32,000 nt of DNA from an uncultured archaeon. GTDB taxonomy: Archaea; Micrarchaeota; Micrarchaeia; Micrarchaeales; CABMGC01. Position 1 is the stretch's first letter. Every line of letters starts with the position of its first letter. The notes below the pieces were generated by a model, which worked only from the letters and a program-made list of their open reading frames with translations, did not search any database and was not told the DNA's origin. The stretch is taken from assembly GCA_963704435.1 (NCBI GenBank), contig OY969902.1:600001-632000 (forward strand). Direction: 5' to 3'. The translations under genes were made by a program, and so were the position numbers. This document shows positions 8,804 through 18,100 of the stretch, one piece after another.

Positions 8804-9371
8804 CAACCATTATCTGGCCATTATTGACCATCATCGCAATTCCCCTTTTAATATCCATGAGGCACTTCTTAGGAAGTTCCGCTTCGGTAACGTCGCAGCC
8901 ATCCGCTCTGCATAGCTTATTAAAAAGTTTTTTGAGATGTGTGCGCGCCAGCGCTTCAGACTCGCCGAATGTGATTCCATCCAGTGGCATACGAAGGTAT
9001 TCATCGCACAGTCTGCTTAGCGGTGTTTTTATCCGCCTCTCCAGGTCTCTCCGGTTATGGAGCCCTATCAGAACCGTATAAAAATGGGGCCCATATATCG
9101 AATAGAAGCGCCTGTGGCGAGCGACATCCTCCTCCTTCGTGCGCTTTTTAGTGTCGTAAAATTCATGGGCTTCGATGATCGCTGGTGTCTCTGGGACTAG
9201 GACAAGGGCATCAATGACGCGAAGGATGTGCCCTTTCCGCGAAAATGGGACGTCGGAATAGCTCCTGAATGGGTATTCGCGCAGCACATTGTTGATTGCG
9301 ATTTCCCGAAGCCTCCCCGCGCTGCTGTTTTGGCGTCTCGAAGAATCGGTGTCCTCTTTTAGCCTTAGCAT
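8697..9371 (-). CDS. Hypothetical protein (weak PD-(D/E)xK-like D...E.H pattern, unassigned)
   Basis: The track ORF runs 8697-9407 from a TTG start. ATG 9371 is preceded by GGAGGT 10 nt upstream. The gene lies in a lower-GC patch and its 3' end overlaps tatD by about 105-110 nt in another frame. I recognise no family. Confidence 0.45.
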   Translation of the reverse strand: MLRLKEDTDSSRRQNSSAGRLREIAINNVLREYPFRSYSDVPFSRKGHILRVIDALVLVPETPAIIEAHEFYDTKKRTKEEDVARHRRFYSIYGPHFYTVLIGLHNRRDLERRIKTPLSRLCDEYLRMPLDGITFGESEALARTHLKKLFNKLCRADGCDVTEAELPKKCLMDIKRGIAMMVNNGQIMVDDNAAANAVAENPSAQDFTRALRCALPPESFSQAA

Positions 9372-9459
9372 CTCAAGGCTAACCTCCGAGACCCCACATG
9401 TCCTCAACGGCGCGTGCTTTTGCGTTTTCCCTACCTGCTTTCGAAGTTACCTCCGCGTC

Positions 9460-9467
9460 TTTTTATA
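9460..9467 (+). promoter_or_regulatory. TATA-box-like element upstream of the 9512-13553 gene string
   Basis: TTTTTATA lies about 45 nt upstream of ATG 9512 in the divergent intergenic region. Confidence 0.4.
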
Positions 9468-9511
9468 CCTTATGAGCGCAATCATTACTGAAACTCAAAT
9501 GGTAGAGCATT

Positions 9512-10558
9512 ATGGCCGCGGCTGACAAACGAAGAAGGGAAATGGTTTTGACTTACGCTTCGGCCGCGATTAGCATAATCGCGCTGGTCGTGGCGTCTGC
9601 AGCGTTACTGATTCCGCACACGAAGACCATAACTATCTATAACAACGGCACGTCGAACGCCTCTGTGCTGACCGGATACAACATAAGTAGCAGCCTTATA
9701 GCACCACCCACGAACTTGAGCGACGCTCCAGTGATAACGCAGGTGCAACCCCCTGGGAAGAGCCTCACAGGCATCAACGAGCCGTTGAATTCAAGCGATC
9801 TTAACATAATAAACGACGCGCCCAACTCCTACTTCGAGACTGCAGGGGAGATGCTCATCAACGGGACGCTCAACAATTCGGTCGGCATCTCCACAACACA
9901 TGTTCCACTATTTGTGGTGAACGGCAAGCCTTCGATCATATATGTCGGCTCCATAACCTGCATCTGGTGCGCCGCCAACAGGTGGTCGATGGCGCTGGCC
10001 CTGTCGAGATTCGGGAACTTCACATACCTGTTTCAGGGATACAGCGCGCTGCAAGACAGCGACGCGCCAACCCTGTACTGGGCGCCAGCCCACTACGCGT
10101 CCACGAGCGTCGCGCTAGGCTCGTTCTACAACAGCAAATACATAAACTTCCTTCCGGTGGAGGAGTCTGCGCCAATCACAGGCGGATTCTCCCTGCAGCC
10201 GCTCTCGGTGATACAGCAGGACGTGAATCAGACTGGAAATCTTGCGTATACCGACGAGCTGAAATACATAATCGCGATAAACGACTTCGATGGCACCCCA
10301 TATACGATATGGGGCAATTACGTGGCCGCAGGTGCCGATGCTAGGGCCTTCGGGAACAGCTCGCAGTCGACCAGCCTCCTGAACATGACGCACCAGCAAC
10401 TGCTTCAGCAGCTTTCCCAGCCGAGCAGCCAGCTCGCGTGGACGGAATACGCGGGGGCGGATTACTACGTAGCGCTGATCTGCAAGTCCATATCCAACGC
10501 TGCACCTGTCTGCGGACTTTCTGCGATAAGGAGCATCGAATCGACGCTGAGTTCTTGA
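9512..10558 (+). CDS. Membrane-anchored extracytoplasmic thioredoxin-like CxxC protein (DUF929-like), heavily sequon-laden
   Basis: An N-terminal signal-anchor TM (LTYASAAISIIALVVASAALLI) is present. GSITCIWCAANRWSMALALSRFGNF resembles the DUF929 CPxCAAxRW...FG.F signature, with the CxxC at nt 9959-9970. I counted 11 N-x-S/T sequons by eye. Confidence 0.6.
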   Translation: MAAADKRRREMVLTYASAAISIIALVVASAALLIPHTKTITIYNNGTSNASVLTGYNISSSLIAPPTNLSDAPVITQVQPPGKSLTGINEPLNSSDLNIINDAPNSYFETAGEMLINGTLNNSVGISTTHVPLFVVNGKPSIIYVGSITCIWCAANRWSMALALSRFGNFTYLFQGYSALQDSDAPTLYWAPAHYASTSVALGSFYNSKYINFLPVEESAPITGGFSLQPLSVIQQDVNQTGNLAYTDELKYIIAINDFDGTPYTIWGNYVAAGADARAFGNSSQSTSLLNMTHQQLLQQLSQPSSQLAWTEYAGADYYVALICKSISNAAPVCGLSAIRSIESTLSS

Positions 10559-10559
10559 T

Positions 10560-11069
10560 ATGAAGCAAAAGGTTAGAGTAAAGGCGGGCAGGATCGGCGC
10601 CGCGAAAGCGGTCATCGCCTCCCCGGCGTGCGTGCTCGTAGCGCTGCTTTCGGCGGTAGCCTATTATCTCCTGTTCTTCGGCACAGTGACCTACGAGAAC
10701 AAGGGCATGTTCCTCGCGACTGTTCCGGGCTACCTCATAGGCACGCTCATATTTACCGGAGCTGCGCTCCTCGCGGTCAGCGCATTCGAGGTGCTCAGGT
10801 CGTTCCGGATCGCCTCGGCCACCTCGAGCGGGGCGATCGGGGTACTCACCTCCTCGTGCGGGTCACTAATAGCGGGATGCGGCTGCTACTCACCGATACT
10901 CTCATCGGCCCTTTACGCGGTCGGGTTCGGGACCATCCAGGTGAGCGAGGTCATTTCCACGCTCGCGGACTACCAGGCCTGGATCATCGTCATTTTTGCA
11001 GCGGTGAACCTGGCGCTCATCTACTATCAGCTGGGCAGGATATCGCGCGGGATGAATCTGAAAAAGTAG
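10560..11069 (+). CDS. Cysteine-rich 4-TM membrane protein, function unknown
   Basis: Starts 1 nt after the upstream stop. It has four hydrophobic helices, a Cys in TM1 (SPAC) and a SSCGSLIAGCGCYSP cluster in TM3 (nt 10857-10886). Confidence 0.6.
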   Translation: MKQKVRVKAGRIGAAKAVIASPACVLVALLSAVAYYLLFFGTVTYENKGMFLATVPGYLIGTLIFTGAALLAVSAFEVLRSFRIASATSSGAIGVLTSSCGSLIAGCGCYSPILSSALYAVGFGTIQVSEVISTLADYQAWIIVIFAAVNLALIYYQLGRISRGMNLKK

Positions 11070-11079
11070 GGGAGATGGC

Positions 11080-12084
11080 ATGGCTAAAAAAGCGGCAGGG
11101 CGCTCAAGGAAATGGCAGAAGCCGGGCCTCAGGGAGAACATCGCGAAGAGCTCCGCGGCCCCCGCCAAAAACGTGGACACCGCACTCATAAGGAAGATGA
11201 TGAGCTCGGAGTGCAGCGAAAGTAGGCACCTGCTTGTCCCGGACCTGATCTATAAGCTGTCGGACGAGCTCTGCCAACTGGCCTACGGTTCCGGGTTCGA
11301 TCTCGGAGTCGAGGCATACGAGGATTCAGACAGGACGCTCGACGCCCTGGCTAGGCTGCTCGCGAACGCGGGTCTCGGCCGGACGACCTTCCAGATGTCC
11401 GAGTACCGCGGCATAGTCACTTCCTACGGAGTAAAGCCCAACGCCGCGGACCTTGGGACGAACATGCACGACTTCGAGGCGGGAGTCATAGCCGGCTATC
11501 TCTCGGCGCACTCGCGTAGGCGCATAGCGGTCACGGAAACCAAGTGCGCGTGCAACGGCTCGGGGTTCTGCCAGTTCGTGGCGTCGCCTTCCGAGCGCGC
11601 GGCGGAGCGCACCGGGAAGCCGCTTGCGCTGGAAGATCTGGTGAGGCTGGCGGACCGGAGCATGCGGTCCTACGACGGTCCCGCGACCAGCAAGCCCTAC
11701 TATTTCCTGCTCAGCAGGCCGCTCACGCTCGAGCCCGTCTTAACCCATGCGTCCCGGCTCGCGTACCTGATCGGGAAGGGACTCGCAGAGTCCGAGCCCC
11801 AGTCCGACTTCGAGCGCGGAGTGATGAGGATATCCAGGCACCTCGGCATAGAGAAGGCGAGGGTCGTTAGCGCGAGGGGGAAGGGCAGGGCCATCGAGCT
11901 CACCTATGGCCATTACTGCTCCACAGGGGGGTTCGTCGACCTGACGACCGCGATGCTGGCCGGCTTCTCCAAGGGGGTGTTTAATAAAAACATTTACGTT
12001 CAAAGAAGGTTAAGCGGCAAGACCAACTATGTGGTGAGGCTATCCCTTCGGGCGGTCCCTGCCAATCGCGAGAGAGTGCAATAA
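11080..12084 (+). CDS. Tandem V4R (4-vinyl reductase-like) domain protein
   Basis: FEAGVIAGYLSAHSRRRIAVTETKCACNGSGFCQFV fits the V4R C-terminal pattern (G..aG.l....v.v.E..C...G...C.F). A second, degenerate copy lies in the C-terminal half and the N-terminal tail is basic. The stop TAA overlaps the secY ATG (TAATG). Confidence 0.55.
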   Translation: MAKKAAGRSRKWQKPGLRENIAKSSAAPAKNVDTALIRKMMSSECSESRHLLVPDLIYKLSDELCQLAYGSGFDLGVEAYEDSDRTLDALARLLANAGLGRTTFQMSEYRGIVTSYGVKPNAADLGTNMHDFEAGVIAGYLSAHSRRRIAVTETKCACNGSGFCQFVASPSERAAERTGKPLALEDLVRLADRSMRSYDGPATSKPYYFLLSRPLTLEPVLTHASRLAYLIGKGLAESEPQSDFERGVMRISRHLGIEKARVVSARGKGRAIELTYGHYCSTGGFVDLTTAMLAGFSKGVFNKNIYVQRRLSGKTNYVVRLSLRAVPANRERVQ

Positions 12085-13553
12085 TGGACCTTAGCGTTCT
12101 GGACCCAATCCTGAATCTTATCCCTAGCGTTAAGAAGCCCGCGGCTCCCCTGTCGTTCAGGCAGAAGTTGAAGTGGACCGTGCTGATAATGGGGGTGTAT
12201 TTCCTCATGTTCAGCACGCCGGCTGTCGGGGTCAGCATCTCCACGCTCAACCAGCCGCTCATGCAGCTCGTGAGCGTGATATTCGCGGCTAGGATAGGCA
12301 GCCTCATAACCGTCGGGATAGGGCCGATAGTGCTAGCCAGCATACTCCTCCAGCTGATAATGGGCACCGGCATAATAAACGTCGACCTCAGCAGCCCAGA
12401 GCAGAAATCTAGGTTCCAGAGCATACAGAAGCTGGCGGCAATGGCGATCGCGATCGTGGAGGCGTACATCTTCATACTTACGGGATACGTCCCGATAGCG
12501 TCGCCCTCGTTCTTCTGGATAGTCTTCGTGCAGCTCGCGATGAGCGCGGTGTTCATAATCTTCCTTGACGAGGCGATGACGAAGTTCGGCATAACCTCCG
12601 GAATCAACCTCTTCATCGCTGGCGGGGTGGCCTATTCCATAGTAGCAGGCACCTCCACCATACTCCTCAACGAGGCGGTCCAGGCCATATCCGCCGGAGG
12701 GGCCACAGCGATACCGAACGCCATACTCGCCTTCGGCCCGCTATTCTTCGCGATAGTGGTCTTCCTCATCAGCATATACATATACGACGTAAAGGTCGAG
12801 CTGCCCCTGGTCTTCAGCCAGCTCAGGGGCATAGGGGGCAGGCTGCCCATACCCTTCCTCTACGTCAGCGTCCTTCCGGTGATACTCGCCACGTCGTTCG
12901 AGCTCAGCCTCACCGTGTGGATGAGAGTGATCGCAGGGGTCACTGGGCCCCTGGCCAACCTCGCCAAGTTCTTCGCGCTGTACCAGGCGGTGCCGACGGG
13001 GACAGGAACATCGTCGCTCAACCTGGTGGGAGGCCTCATCTACCTGATATCCCCGCAGTTCCCCGAGCCGTACTCCGTGACCTACGGGGGCGTCGGAGGC
13101 TACGGCGCATATTTCACCTACCTGACCACCCACGCCAGCCAGCTCTACCTGCCTCTGGGCGGGGTCATAATGGTGCCCGAAGTCATACACATACTGATCT
13201 ACACGCTCATACTGGTCGTGCTGGCAGTGCTCTTCGGCAGGTTCTGGATAGAGATGACCGGGCAGAGCCCCAAGAACGTGGCAGAGCAGCTAGGCGACTA
13301 CGGATGGCAGATCCCTGGGTTCAGGAGGGACCCGCGCGTCGTGGAGGGCGTGCTGAACAAGTACATACCCACGATAACCGTACTGGGAAGCATATTCGTC
13401 GCGCTGCTCGCGGCGATGGCCACGCTGACCGGGGCGGTGGGCACGGGAATGGGCATACTCCTCACAGTGGGAATAATGTATTCGGTGTACCAGCAGCTCG
13501 AGCAGGAGCACGCCATAGAGGCGTATCCCGCGCTCAACAAGCTGCTGTCCTGA
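12084..13553 (+). CDS. secY: Preprotein translocase subunit SecY
   Basis: A 489-aa protein with 10-TM SecY/Sec61alpha topology. The N-terminus PSVKKPAAPLSFRQKLKWT, the plug region and a C-terminal cytosolic loop (GFRRDPR) are typical of archaeal SecY. Confidence 0.95.
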   Translation: MDLSVLDPILNLIPSVKKPAAPLSFRQKLKWTVLIMGVYFLMFSTPAVGVSISTLNQPLMQLVSVIFAARIGSLITVGIGPIVLASILLQLIMGTGIINVDLSSPEQKSRFQSIQKLAAMAIAIVEAYIFILTGYVPIASPSFFWIVFVQLAMSAVFIIFLDEAMTKFGITSGINLFIAGGVAYSIVAGTSTILLNEAVQAISAGGATAIPNAILAFGPLFFAIVVFLISIYIYDVKVELPLVFSQLRGIGGRLPIPFLYVSVLPVILATSFELSLTVWMRVIAGVTGPLANLAKFFALYQAVPTGTGTSSLNLVGGLIYLISPQFPEPYSVTYGGVGGYGAYFTYLTTHASQLYLPLGGVIMVPEVIHILIYTLILVVLAVLFGRFWIEMTGQSPKNVAEQLGDYGWQIPGFRRDPRVVEGVLNKYIPTITVLGSIFVALLAAMATLTGAVGTGMGILLTVGIMYSVYQQLEQEHAIEAYPALNKLLS

Positions 13554-13668
13554 GCGCAAGCGGGGTTTCCCGCCTCGCGCCAGTTCCGTGTAAGCGCAGC
13601 CAATCGGAATCGCCAAACCTTAAATAAGATTCACTGGGAAAACTAATTGCAGCTTCGGGGAAGCCGCG

Positions 13669-15183
13669 GTGCTTTTTGTGACGGATGACCGCTTGGTAGA
13701 GCTCGCCAACAGGCTGAGCGGGAAGGTAATCCTCAGTTCCGAGATAACGGGCGGGGACTTGGCTGGGATCGACATCGAATCCCTCATCGCGCACGTGGTT
13801 GAGCGCTTCGAGAGCAAGGGCGCCATCGGGGTGCTGAACAGGGACGAGCTCAAGACGATAATAGGGAGCCTGAGCGAGAGGAAGGAGCCCGTGCAGGTGG
13901 AGGTCATAAGGTCCAGCGACTTCAAGCCCGCGGCAAAGGAAGTGTCCGCAAGGTTCACCGCCAGGAGCGCGAAGATAGAGAGGACGAACTCGTCCGTGAG
14001 CGACTTCGTCGACTACTTCAGGGACCGGTTCGACAAGATGAAGGGCATAATGAAGGGATACGGAAACGGCTACGGCGGGACCGTCGGGATAGGTTCCGTC
14101 AAGCAGTATATCAGCGGGAGGGAAATGGGAATCATAGGGCTGGTCTACGACAAGATAGTCACTAGGAACGGCCACATAATGCTGACGCTGGAGGACGAGG
14201 GCGGCACGGCGAAGGTGCTGGTCTACAAGCCGCAGAGCAAAGGGAGGGATCCGTCGAACGAGCTCTTCGATTCAGCGTCGAAGGTCGTGAAGGATGACAT
14301 AATATATGTCAGGGGCAAGGTATCGGGTCCGTTCTTCATAGCGAACAAGCTCGCATGGCCCGAGGTCCCTATCCGTGTCAGGAAGAGGTGCGAGGACGAC
14401 ATAGCGATAGCCCTGCTCTCGGACATACACGTCGGAAACAAGCTTTTCCTGGAGAAGCAGTTCGGGAAGTTCCTCGAATGGCTGAACGGGGGGGTCGACA
14501 GCAGGAAGGACCTGGCGGGCAAGATAAAGTACCTCGTCATAGCGGGGGACCTGGTCGACGGGGTGGGCGTGTACCCCGAGCAGGACAAGGAGCTGAGCAT
14601 AGACGACATATACAAGCAGTATTCGGTGTTCTTCAACTTCATGGAGAGCGTACCCGACTACATAGAGGTATTCGTGATGCCTGGGAACCACGACGCCGTC
14701 CAGAGGGCGGAGCCGCAGCCGCAAATAGGGAAGAAGCTGGCCGGGGATTTCGCCAGGGCGAACATCCACTCGGTGGCCAACCCCTGCTACCTCAACCTCC
14801 ACGGGGTGAAGGTGCTCTCTTACCACGGCACCTCCCTGGACTCGATGATACAGAATATCCAGGGGTGCAGCTACTCCAACGCCACCTCCGCGATGAAGGA
14901 GATATTGAAGAGGAGGCACCTCTCGCCCATATACGGGGGAAACGTAGTTACCCCGAGCAAGAGCGACAGCCTGGTGATAGACGAGGTGCCCGATATACTG
15001 CACATGGGCCACATACACAAGAACGGCTACGACGAATATCACGGGACGGCGCTGGTTAACAGCGGTACGTGGCAGGCAAGGACGTCGTTCCAGATAAAGC
15101 AGGGCCACATACCCACTCCGGCGCTGCTCTCAGTGTACGATGCGCGGACCACGAGCCTGCTCCAGGTGGATTTCAACAGTTAG
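13669..15183 (+). CDS. polB: DNA polymerase II (PolD) small subunit DP1
   Basis: A C-terminal calcineurin-like phosphoesterase domain is present (SDIHVG, GDLVDG, GNHD, GHIH) together with an OB-fold region. It lies directly upstream of DP2. The start is GTG (13669 or 13678). Confidence 0.9.
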   Translation: MLFVTDDRLVELANRLSGKVILSSEITGGDLAGIDIESLIAHVVERFESKGAIGVLNRDELKTIIGSLSERKEPVQVEVIRSSDFKPAAKEVSARFTARSAKIERTNSSVSDFVDYFRDRFDKMKGIMKGYGNGYGGTVGIGSVKQYISGREMGIIGLVYDKIVTRNGHIMLTLEDEGGTAKVLVYKPQSKGRDPSNELFDSASKVVKDDIIYVRGKVSGPFFIANKLAWPEVPIRVRKRCEDDIAIALLSDIHVGNKLFLEKQFGKFLEWLNGGVDSRKDLAGKIKYLVIAGDLVDGVGVYPEQDKELSIDDIYKQYSVFFNFMESVPDYIEVFVMPGNHDAVQRAEPQPQIGKKLAGDFARANIHSVANPCYLNLHGVKVLSYHGTSLDSMIQNIQGCSYSNATSAMKEILKRRHLSPIYGGNVVTPSKSDSLVIDEVPDILHMGHIHKNGYDEYHGTALVNSGTWQARTSFQIKQGHIPTPALLSVYDARTTSLLQVDFNS

Positions 15184-15192
15184 GGTGATGCT

Positions 15193-18100
15193 TTGGACAC
15201 AGAATCTTATTTCAAGGAACTCGAGGAGAAGTTCCAGGAGGCGTACGTGGTGGCCACCAACGCCAGGGCGAGGGGGTACGACCCACGCGACAGCGTGGAG
15301 ATACGCGTGGCACCGGATCTCGCGGGGAAGGTGGAGGGGCTGATGAACGTGAAGGGCCTGGCCGAGCTGATATCGAAGCACCAGGAGGGGAAATCCAGGG
15401 CCGAGCTCGCCTTCGCCATGGTGAAGGAGATCTGCACCAACCACGACTTCGACGGATACGAGGCCTTCGAAAGGATTCTGCTTGCGGTGAGGACAGGCCT
15501 CGCGATATACACCGAGGGCATACTCGTCGCGCCGACGGAAGGGGTCCAAGGGATAGGTCACTTCAGGAACCAGGACAACTCGGACTACATCTCAGTAATC
15601 TACGCGGGCCCAATAAGGAGCGCGGGAGGAACGGCGGTCGCACTGTCCGTCGCGTTCGCGGATCTCGCTAGAAAATACTTCAACATCGGGGAGTACAAGG
15701 TCACTCCCGACGAGACGGAGCGCTACATAGAGGAGGTGGAGCTCTACCACACGAGGGTCGTGGGCCTGCAGTACAAGCCGAGCGCAGAGGAGATCAAGAC
15801 CGTGGTCGGCAACTGCTCGGTGTGCATCGACGGCCTTCCCACGGAGGATATGGAGGTGAGCGTGCACGCCAACCTGTCAAGGACGCAGTACGACGGGAAG
15901 AGCGTCGGCATAACGAACAGGATAAGGGGCGGGGTCCCGCTCGTGCTGAGCAGCGTGGTCATGAAGGCGAAGAAGGTGCTGAAGGAGCTGGGCAAGACTG
16001 AGATCGACTGGAGCTGGCTAAACGGGATTATCGCGGTGAACAAGCAGGATAAGAAGGACGGCGAGAAGGAGAAGGACAGCAAGGCGGCGTTCCTGGACGA
16101 ACTCGTGGCAGGCAGGCCGGTGCTGGCGTACCCCAAGCACATAGGCGGGTTCAGGCTCAGGTATGGCAGGAGCCGGACGACGGGGATAGCCGCCAAGGGG
16201 TTCAGCCCAGCGACCGCAATACTGACCGCGGAATACATAGCCATAGGCACGCAGCTGAAGGTGGAGCTGCCGGGAAAGGGCTGCGTGGCGGCCCCGGTGG
16301 ACACGATAGAAGGCCCGTTCGTGAGACTGAAGTCGGGGGAGGCGCTGAGGGTAGACGATGCGGAGACGGCGCAGGCGCTAAGGGAAGAAGTGGCTGAGAT
16401 AATATCGATGGGCGACATACTGATAACCTACGGCGACTTCAGAAATACGAACACACCGCTGCAGCCCAGCAGCTATGTGGAGGAGTTTTGGGAGGCGCAG
16501 CTCAATGCCGCGGCGAAAGAGCGCCCCGCGGTCGACCACAGAAGGATAAGCTTCAGGGACGCGTACGCGCTGTCGCTCAAGCATGGCATACCGATCCATC
16601 CGAAGTTCCTGTTCGAGTTCCAGGCAGTCAGCAAGGAGGACCTCGCGTCGCTCGCGGCGGCGATAGCGGGCGCCACTGCGTCAGCACCCGCAGGCCTTTT
16701 CGATTTGGACAGGATAGAGCTACCGTCCGGATTGGAGGGGGTCAAGCGCACACTGGAGCTGCTCAACGTCCCGCACAAGGTGATTGACGGGAAGATAGTC
16801 GTCAATGACGGGTTCGCGCAGAGCCTGCTGGCGTCGCTGGGCTTCGTCAGCCGGGACGGGAAGCTGAACACCGAGGACAGCGTCATGGAGAGGTATGCCG
16901 AGGAGTGCGCGGACGCGCTGGCGCTGGTCAACAGGCTCGCGCCATTCAAGGTAGCCAAGAGGTCGACGTTCATCGGAGCGAGGATAGGCAGGCCGGAGAA
17001 GGCCAAGGAGAGGCTGATGAAGCCCTCTCCAAACGTCCTTTTCCCCATAGGCGAATTCGGGGGGAAGGGAAGGAACCTGTCCAATGCCTACGTCTACGAC
17101 GCGAACCGGTTCGGTAGGCAGAGCATAAAGGTCGAGATCGCGAGGTACAAGTGCAGCTCCTGCGGAGTGCCGCTGGACGGGCCGTACTGCTATAACTGCG
17201 GGATCCACGCTTCCATAGAGAGGAAGTGCCCGAAGTGCAATTCAGTGGGAGATGGAAGGAAATGTGCTGTCTGCGGCTCCGAGACGGTGGCCTACGCGGA
17301 GAAGAGCATAGACTTCGCGCGCCTGGTGGCGAGCGCGAACACGAAGCTGGGCGTGTCACACCTTCCCAAACAGGTAAAGGGCGTGCGCGGCCTCATGAAC
17401 CGCGACAAGATCGCCGAGCCCCTGGAGAAGGGGATACTCCGCGCGATGCATGGCGTGTACATATTCAAGGACGGCACGGCAAGGTTCGACGCCACCGATC
17501 AGCCCCTCACGCACTTCTATCCGAAGGAGATGGGCGTCACCGCGGAGCAGCTCAGGGGCCTTGGGTACGACAAGGACGCGAGCGGGGCCGAGCTCGCGAG
17601 CGACGAGCAGCTGGTGGAGCTGAAACACCAGGACGTCATAATGAACAAGCGCGGAGCCGAGTACCTGCTCAACGTGGCCAAGTTTGTGGATGACCTGCTC
17701 CAGAGGCTCTACGGGCTCGAGCCGTACTACAACGCGTTCAGCGCGCAGGACATGTTCGGAAAGCTCGTGCTGACGCTCGCCCCGCACACGTCATGCGCAG
17801 TGCTCAACAGGATAGTCGGCTTCACGGACGCCAACGTGGGCTTCGCGCATCCGTACACCATCGCCGCGAGGAGGAGGAACTGCGACGGGGACGAGGACAC
17901 GACCATGCTGCTGCTCGATGCGCTCATAAACTTTTCCAAGGACTACCTCCCGACGAACATAGGTGGCACGATGGACGAGCCCCTGCTCCTGTCCACAAGG
18001 ATCCGGCCCGAGGAGGTCGACAACGAGGTCCATTCCATGGAGGTGGCCGGATCGTACTCGCTGGAGTTCTACGAGAAGACGATGGCAGGCGCATCGCCTT

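Noticed and set aside
7621-9511. tRNA-adjacent lower-GC patch as an integrated mobile element.
   Set aside because: I saw no integrase or transposase and no direct repeat of the tRNA 3' end. The patch also lies on the 5' side of the tRNA rather than at its 3' end. It is kept only as a compositional observation.
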